A stretch of 32,000 nt of DNA from Dickeya solani IPO 2222 (GTDB lineage: Bacteria > Pseudomonadota > Gammaproteobacteria > Enterobacterales > Enterobacteriaceae): contig NZ_CP015137.1 of assembly GCF_001644705.1 (NCBI RefSeq), forward strand, positions 1,380,001-1,412,000. Reading direction: 5' to 3'. Under the pieces are notes generated by a model. The model was not told the origin of the DNA, did no database searches, and saw nothing but the letters and a program-made list of their open reading frames with translations. The translations under genes were made by a program, and so were the position numbers. Shown one piece after another: positions 27,588 through 32,000 of this stretch (positions are counted from its first letter, which is position 1; each line of letters begins with the position of its first letter).

Positions 27588-28664
27588 TTACAGCACGTCG
27601 ATCGCGTTCAGTTCTTTAAACGCTTTTTCCAGACGAACTACCATGCTCGCCTGAGCGGCACGCAGCCAGACACGCGGGTCATAGTACTTCTTGTTCGGCT
27701 TGTCGCTGCCTTCCGGGTTGCCCAGCTGGCCCTGCAAATAGCCTTCGTTTTTCTTGTAGTAGTTCAGGATGCCTTCCCAGGTCGCCCACTGGGTGTCGGT
27801 GTCGATGTTCATCTTCACCACGCCGTAGCTGACCGCTTCGGCGATTTCTTCCGCAGAAGAACCGGAACCGCCGTGGAATACGAAATCCAGGCTGTTGTGC
27901 GGCAGGTTGAATTTCTTGGACACGAATTCCTGAGAGTTGCGCAGGATTTTCGGCGTCAGCTGAACGTTACCCGGCTTGTACACGCCGTGTACGTTGCCGA
28001 AGGACGCCGCGATAGTGAAACGCGGGCTGATGGCGTTCAGTTTTTCGTAGGCGTAAGCCACGTCTTCCGGCTGGGTATACAGCGCGGAGTTATCCAGATG
28101 GCTGTTATCCACGCCGTCTTCTTCGCCGCCGGTGCAACCCAGTTCGATTTCCAGGGTCATGTCCAGTTTGGCCATGCGCGCCAGATACTTGCTGCAAATC
28201 TCGATGTTTTCTTCCAGAGATTCTTCAGACAGGTCGATCATGTGGGAAGAGAACAGCGGTTTACCCGTAGCGGCATAGTGCTTCTCGCCAGCGTCCAGCA
28301 GGCCGTCCAACCACGGCAGCAATTTCTTCGCGCAATGGTCAGTGTGCAGAATTACCGGCACGCCATAATGCTCAGCCAGTTGATGTACATGGTGAGCGCC
28401 AGAAATCGCACCCAGAATTGCCGCCTGCTGACCTTCAGCTTTCAGACCTTTACCCGCGGTAAACACAGCGCCGCCGTTGGAGAACTGAACAATTACCGGC
28501 GCGCGCACTTTGGCTGCGGCTTCCAGAACGGCGTTAATAGAGTCGGTACCGACACAGTTAACCGCCGGCAATGCAAAGTGGTTTTCTTTAGCAATTGCGA
28601 ATACTTTCTGAACGTCATCACCCGTGATGACACCAGGTTTTACGAAATCAAAGATTTTAGACAT
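27588..28664 (-). CDS. fbaA: Fructose-bisphosphate aldolase, class II
   Basis: 358 aa, MSKIFDFVKPGVITGDDVQKVF..AKEN.FALPAVNCVGTDSINAVLE.AAKV.APVIVQFSNGGA...HTDHC...ELNAIDVL. Collinear with E. coli FbaA. Confidence 0.97.
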   Translation of the reverse strand: MSKIFDFVKPGVITGDDVQKVFAIAKENHFALPAVNCVGTDSINAVLEAAAKVRAPVIVQFSNGGAVFTAGKGLKAEGQQAAILGAISGAHHVHQLAEHYGVPVILHTDHCAKKLLPWLDGLLDAGEKHYAATGKPLFSSHMIDLSEESLEENIEICSKYLARMAKLDMTLEIELGCTGGEEDGVDNSHLDNSALYTQPEDVAYAYEKLNAISPRFTIAASFGNVHGVYKPGNVQLTPKILRNSQEFVSKKFNLPHNSLDFVFHGGSGSSAEEIAEAVSYGVVKMNIDTDTQWATWEGILNYYKKNEGYLQGQLGNPEGSDKPNKKYYDPRVWLRAAQASMVVRLEKAFKELNAIDVL

Positions 28665-28779
28665 GTCACGTGTCCTGTTTCGTTGGCCGTGGAGGGTTAG
28701 AGATTTGTCTGTTACTACACTACCGACATAACCGCGGTTGTGCCGGCATCATTACGATTTACTGCTCGATTTATCTGCT

Positions 28780-28830
28780 GGTTGCCCGGCCTATAACCGG
28801 GCAACCGGAAGCGGAAAGCATGCCCGCTTC
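28780..28830 (-). other. Two adjacent GC-rich stem-loops in the pgk-fbaA spacer (partial terminator or mRNA processing/stability element)
   Basis: Stem A is GGTTGCCCGG (28780-28789) / CCGGGCAACC (28797-28806), 10 bp. Stem B is GAAGCGG (28808-28814) / CCGCTTC (28824-28830), 7 bp. No U-tract follows either on the minus strand. Confidence 0.5.
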
Positions 28831-28850
28831 GGATAACTGATTAAAAACGC

Positions 28851-30014
28851 TTACTGACGAGCGCGCTCTTCCAGCATGACCACCGCCGGCAGTTTTTTGC
28901 CTTCCACAAACTCCAGGAAAGCGCCGCCACCGGTAGAAATATAGGAGATCTTATCGGCAATGCCGAACAGATCGATCGCCGCCAGCGTATCGCCGCCGCC
29001 CGCGATGGAGAACGCGTCGCTGTTGGCGATGGCATTGGCGATGATTTCCGTACCTTTGCGGAAGTTCGGGAATTCGAATACGCCGACCGGGCCATTCCAC
29101 AGAATGGTTTTGGCGTTTTTCAGAATATCGGCCAGACGCTCTGCGGACACATCGCCCAGGTCCAGAATCTGTTCATCATCTTTAATGGCGGCAACGGATT
29201 TCAATGTCGCGGTGGCAGTTTCGGAGAATTCCGTAGCAACGCGAACATCGCTTGGTACCGGGATATCGCAGGTTTCCAGCAGCTTTTTCGCTTCCGGAAT
29301 CAGTTCTGCTTCATACAGCGATTTACCAACGTTATGGCCCTGAGCCGCGACGAAGGTGTTGGCGATACCGCCGCCGACGATCAGCTGGTCAGCGATTTTG
29401 GACAGCGAGTCCAGCACGGTCAGTTTGGTGGAAACTTTGGAACCGCCTACGATAGCTACCATCGGACGGGCCGGGCTGCTCAGCGCTTTGCCCAAGGCTT
29501 CCAGTTCACCGGACAGCAACGGACCGGCGCAGGCGATCGGCGCGAATTTGCCCACACCGTGGGTAGAAGCCTGGGCGCGGTGCGCGGTACCGAACGCATC
29601 CATTACGAACACGTCGCACAGCGCGGCGTATTTTTGGGACAGCACTTCGTCGTCTTTCTTCTCGCCTTTGTTGAAGCGGACGTTTTCCAGCACTACCAGT
29701 TCGCCTTCCGCAACGTCAACACCTTCCAGGTAGTCTTTCGCCAGACGCACCGGTGAAGACAGATGCTCTTTCAGGTAGTTCACTACCGGCAGCAGGGAGA
29801 ATTCTTCGTTGTACTCGCCTTCGGTCGGGCGGCCCAGGTGGGATGTCACCATCACGCGAGCACCCTGCTTCAGGGCGATTTCAATGGTCGGCAGTGAAGC
29901 GCGGATGCGGGCGTCAGACGTCACTTTGCCATCTTTAACCGGCACGTTCAGATCCGCACGGATCAGCACGCGTTTGCCAGCCAGATCCAGGTCGGTCATC
30001 TTAATTACAGCCAT
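28851..30014 (-). CDS. pgk: Phosphoglycerate kinase
   Basis: 387 aa, [64 protein letters not shown]... Collinear with E. coli Pgk. Confidence 0.97.
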   Translation of the reverse strand: MAVIKMTDLDLAGKRVLIRADLNVPVKDGKVTSDARIRASLPTIEIALKQGARVMVTSHLGRPTEGEYNEEFSLLPVVNYLKEHLSSPVRLAKDYLEGVDVAEGELVVLENVRFNKGEKKDDEVLSQKYAALCDVFVMDAFGTAHRAQASTHGVGKFAPIACAGPLLSGELEALGKALSSPARPMVAIVGGSKVSTKLTVLDSLSKIADQLIVGGGIANTFVAAQGHNVGKSLYEAELIPEAKKLLETCDIPVPSDVRVATEFSETATATLKSVAAIKDDEQILDLGDVSAERLADILKNAKTILWNGPVGVFEFPNFRKGTEIIANAIANSDAFSIAGGGDTLAAIDLFGIADKISYISTGGGAFLEFVEGKKLPAVVMLEERARQ

Positions 30015-30081
30015 GGTGAATCCTCTTGTTGATTCTCTTTAAAGTTGCTTGAGTGAGGCGTCGGTCTCCCGGCGCCGCCTA

Positions 30082-31098
30082 TCAGAAACCGCAGGCCGCC
30101 ATCGCCCGAGTTGTGTCCAACATTCGGTTGGCAAAGCCCCATTCGTTATCGCACCAGACCAGGGTCTTGATCAGATGCCCTCCGCTGACCCGGGTTTGCG
30201 TTCCATCCACAATCGCGCTATGCGGGTCATGGTTGAAATCCACGGAAACCAACGGCAAATCGGTATAGTCAACTATACCACGAAATGTATTCTGCGCTGA
30301 TTGACGAAACAGCGTATTGATTTCACTTACGTTTACCGCATTTTTCACACTGACGCTCAGGTCAATGGCCGTCACATTGATGGTCGGCACCCGCACCGAA
30401 ATCGCCTCGAAGCGGTCTTCAAATTTCGGAAAGAAACGGGTAATGCCCACCGCCAGTTTGGTGTCCACCGGAATGATCGACTGGCTGGCCGCACGGGTAC
30501 GCCTGAGGTCATGGTGATAAGCGTCAATCACCGGCTGGTCGTTCATCGACGCATGGATCGTGGTGACGGTGCCGCTTTCGATGCCGTACGCATCGTCCAG
30601 CAGTTTGATAATCGGAATAATGCAGTTGGTGGTGCAGGAGGCGTTGGACACCAGACGGTGAGCCGGCTGCAAATCCGGATGGTTGACGCCGTACACGATG
30701 GTGGCGTCGAGATCCGGCGCGCCGGGATGGGAGAACAGCACTTTCTTCGCTCCCGCCGCCAGATGGGCTTCGCCATCGGCGCGACTGCCGTATACGCCGC
30801 TGCAATCCAGCACAATGTCGACGCCGAGATCCCCCCAAGGCAGGGAACGAAGGTCCGACTCATGCAGCAGACGGATAGTGTCATCCCCTACCGACAAACG
30901 ATCGCATTCCTGACGCACATCCCACGAAAAACGGCCATGACTGCTGTCGTACTTAAGCAGGTGGGCAATCCCTTCGGCGTTAGCCAGCTCATTAATCGCC
31001 ACGACCGCAATCTCGGCCCGCCGACCGGACTCATACAGCGCGCGCAGTACGCTACGACCTATGCGACCAAAACCGTTTATCGCAATACGGATTGTCAT
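30082..31098 (-). CDS. epd: D-erythrose-4-phosphate dehydrogenase
   Basis: 338 aa, [38 protein letters not shown]...SNASCTTNC...[16 protein letters not shown]. It matches E. coli Epd (GapB) rather than GapA, and occupies the epd position in the epd-pgk-fbaA operon. Confidence 0.95.
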   Translation of the reverse strand: MTIRIAINGFGRIGRSVLRALYESGRRAEIAVVAINELANAEGIAHLLKYDSSHGRFSWDVRQECDRLSVGDDTIRLLHESDLRSLPWGDLGVDIVLDCSGVYGSRADGEAHLAAGAKKVLFSHPGAPDLDATIVYGVNHPDLQPAHRLVSNASCTTNCIIPIIKLLDDAYGIESGTVTTIHASMNDQPVIDAYHHDLRRTRAASQSIIPVDTKLAVGITRFFPKFEDRFEAISVRVPTINVTAIDLSVSVKNAVNVSEINTLFRQSAQNTFRGIVDYTDLPLVSVDFNHDPHSAIVDGTQTRVSGGHLIKTLVWCDNEWGFANRMLDTTRAMAACGF

Positions 31099-31239
31099 GA
31101 AATTCCCTGTGTAGTGATAAAAGCATCGCGCATCATAGGATAATCAGTACGTCGTCAGGAATAAACCGCTTGTTGCGCGCGGTGTGCCGCAAGCCGGATC
31201 CGACAGAGATCCTGTTCGCCAAACGCTGTCACACCAACA

Positions 31240-31255
31240 ACTGAAACGCTTCAGC
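31240..31255. promoter_or_regulatory. Candidate Cra (FruR) operator upstream of epd-pgk-fbaA
   Basis: aCTGAAACGCTTCAGC is a near-perfect match to the palindromic Cra consensus GCTGAAWCGWTTCAGC. It lies about 145 nt upstream of the epd ATG. The E. coli epd-pgk-fbaA operon is a known Cra target. Confidence 0.6.
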
Positions 31256-31364
31256 TAGCATAAACGAATTGCCGGTCAAAGGAAATATGGCGACAGAACG
31301 GATGCCAGAAGAGTGATCTGCGTCAAAAAATTACCGCACGGTTTGCTACCCAAAAGCTGACGAG

Positions 31365-31395
31365 ATCAAAAAAGGCCGGGAGACGATCCCGGCCT
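31365..31395 (-). terminator. Rho-independent terminator after tktA
   Basis: On the minus strand: AAGGCCGGGA-tcgtc-TCCCGGCCTT (31371-31395) followed by TTTTTTGAT. Confidence 0.85.
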
Positions 31396-31423
31396 TGCAA
31401 GAGAGGTTAACGAAGTAATGTGC

Positions 31424-32000
31424 TTATTTCAGCAGCGCTTTCGCCTTCGCTACCACGTTGTCGGTGGTGAAACCAAACACGTCGAACAGTTTTTCTGCCG
31501 GCGCCGATTCACCAAAGCTTTGCATACCAACAATCGCGCCATTCAGACCCACATATTTGTACCAGTAGTCAGCGATGCTGGCTTCGATCGCCACACGGGC
31601 AGCCACAGCAGACGGCAGCACCGCTTCACGGTAGGCCGCATCCTGCTTGTCGAACGCATCGGTAGACGGCATGGACACCACGCGCGCTTTGACGCCTTCG
31701 TCGGTCAGTTTCTGCCAGGCCGCTACAGCCAGCTCCACTTCCGAACCGGTCGCGATCAGAATCAGCTGCGGCTGGCCGCCGCTGTCTTTCAGCACATAGG
31801 CGCCTTTAGCGACGTCCGCCAGCTGCTGGGCGGTGCGATCCTGCTGCGCCAGATTCTGGCGGGACAGGATCAGCGCGGTCGGGCCGTCTTTACGCTCAAT
31901 GGCGTATTTCCAGGCCACCGCGGTTTCTACCTGATCCGCCGGTCGCCAGGTGCTCACGTTAGGCGTCACACGCAGGCTGGCCAGTTGTTCCACCGGCTGG
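31424..32000 (-). CDS. tktA: Transketolase, C-terminal part (5' end beyond the window)
   Basis: The frame is open to the window edge. The translation ...[22 protein letters not shown]....[53 protein letters not shown]....[38 protein letters not shown] is the transketolase C-terminal domain. Its position next to epd argues for tktA. Confidence 0.93.
   Translation of the reverse strand, partial: QPVEQLASLRVTPNVSTWRPADQVETAVAWKYAIERKDGPTALILSRQNLAQQDRTAQQLADVAKGAYVLKDSGGQPQLILIATGSEVELAVAAWQKLTDEGVKARVVSMPSTDAFDKQDAAYREAVLPSAVAARVAIEASIADYWYKYVGLNGAIVGMQSFGESAPAEKLFDVFGFTTDNVVAKAKALLK

Noticed and set aside
27873-28700. 275-aa ORF antisense to fbaA. Similar antisense ORFs occur at 30301..31143 (epd), 29334..29756 (pgk), 8741..9631 (arcA), 18238..18936 and 17645..18228 (MCP), 13130..13795 (slt), 16083..16631 (ettA), 19623..20219 (LysR), 24104..24697 (argP), 25635..26123 and 26166..26480 (IclR), and 26606..27157 (mscS).
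   Set aside because: All are mirror-frame ORFs of confidently identified genes and show no independent coding evidence.
1-32000. Scan for CRISPR arrays, tRNA/rRNA genes, IS elements, integrases, phage genes, toxin-antitoxin pairs or defence/secretion clusters
   Set aside because: None was found. All repeats seen are short intergenic tandem or inverted repeats, and every ORF longer than 150 aa that is not a shadow ORF is assigned to a known family.

Overview
This window looks like conserved enterobacterial core chromosome. It is moderately GC-rich by eye (not computed), and gene content and order suggest a Pectobacteriaceae or Dickeya-like organism, though that is a guess. Almost every long ORF is a recognisable housekeeping gene.

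Gene order, left to right:
- the 3' end of a GGDEF diguanylate cyclase
- talB(-), yaaA(+), thrC-thrB-thrA(-) with the thrL leader peptide, attenuator and promoter
- lasT/yjtD(-), arcA(+), creA(-), rob(+), gpmB(-), yjjX(+), trpR(-), slt(-), ettA(+)
- a small accessory block: an MCP chemoreceptor ending in NWETF(-), a LysR regulator(-) and a divergent MDR-family oxidoreductase(+)
- serA(-), rpiA(-), argP(+), yggE(-), an orphan IclR regulator resembling YiaJ/PlaR(-), mscS(-), fbaA(-), pgk(-), epd(-), and the 3' end of tktA(-)

The first half is the inverted E. coli 100/0-min region. The last third matches the E. coli ~66-min serA...tktA region. The accessory block sits at the junction between them.

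I found no rRNA, tRNA, CRISPR array, transposase, integrase, phage gene or recognisable defence, toxin or secretion module. I do not see evidence for a novel multi-gene system here.

The observations worth a second look are small:
- two intergenic tandem repeats (16 bp x5 next to thrC, 18 bp x3 upstream of yggE)
- extra structure in the thr leader and an inverted repeat over its -10
- rob and gpmB stop codons sharing a perfect 14-bp palindrome
- a trp-operator-like site abutting trpR
- a LysR gene whose ancestral N-terminus seems interrupted by an in-frame TAA
- a perfect palindrome in the serA leader
- an orphan YiaJ-like regulator in the position argO occupies in E. coli

The many long ORFs antisense to the real genes are treated as shadow ORFs.
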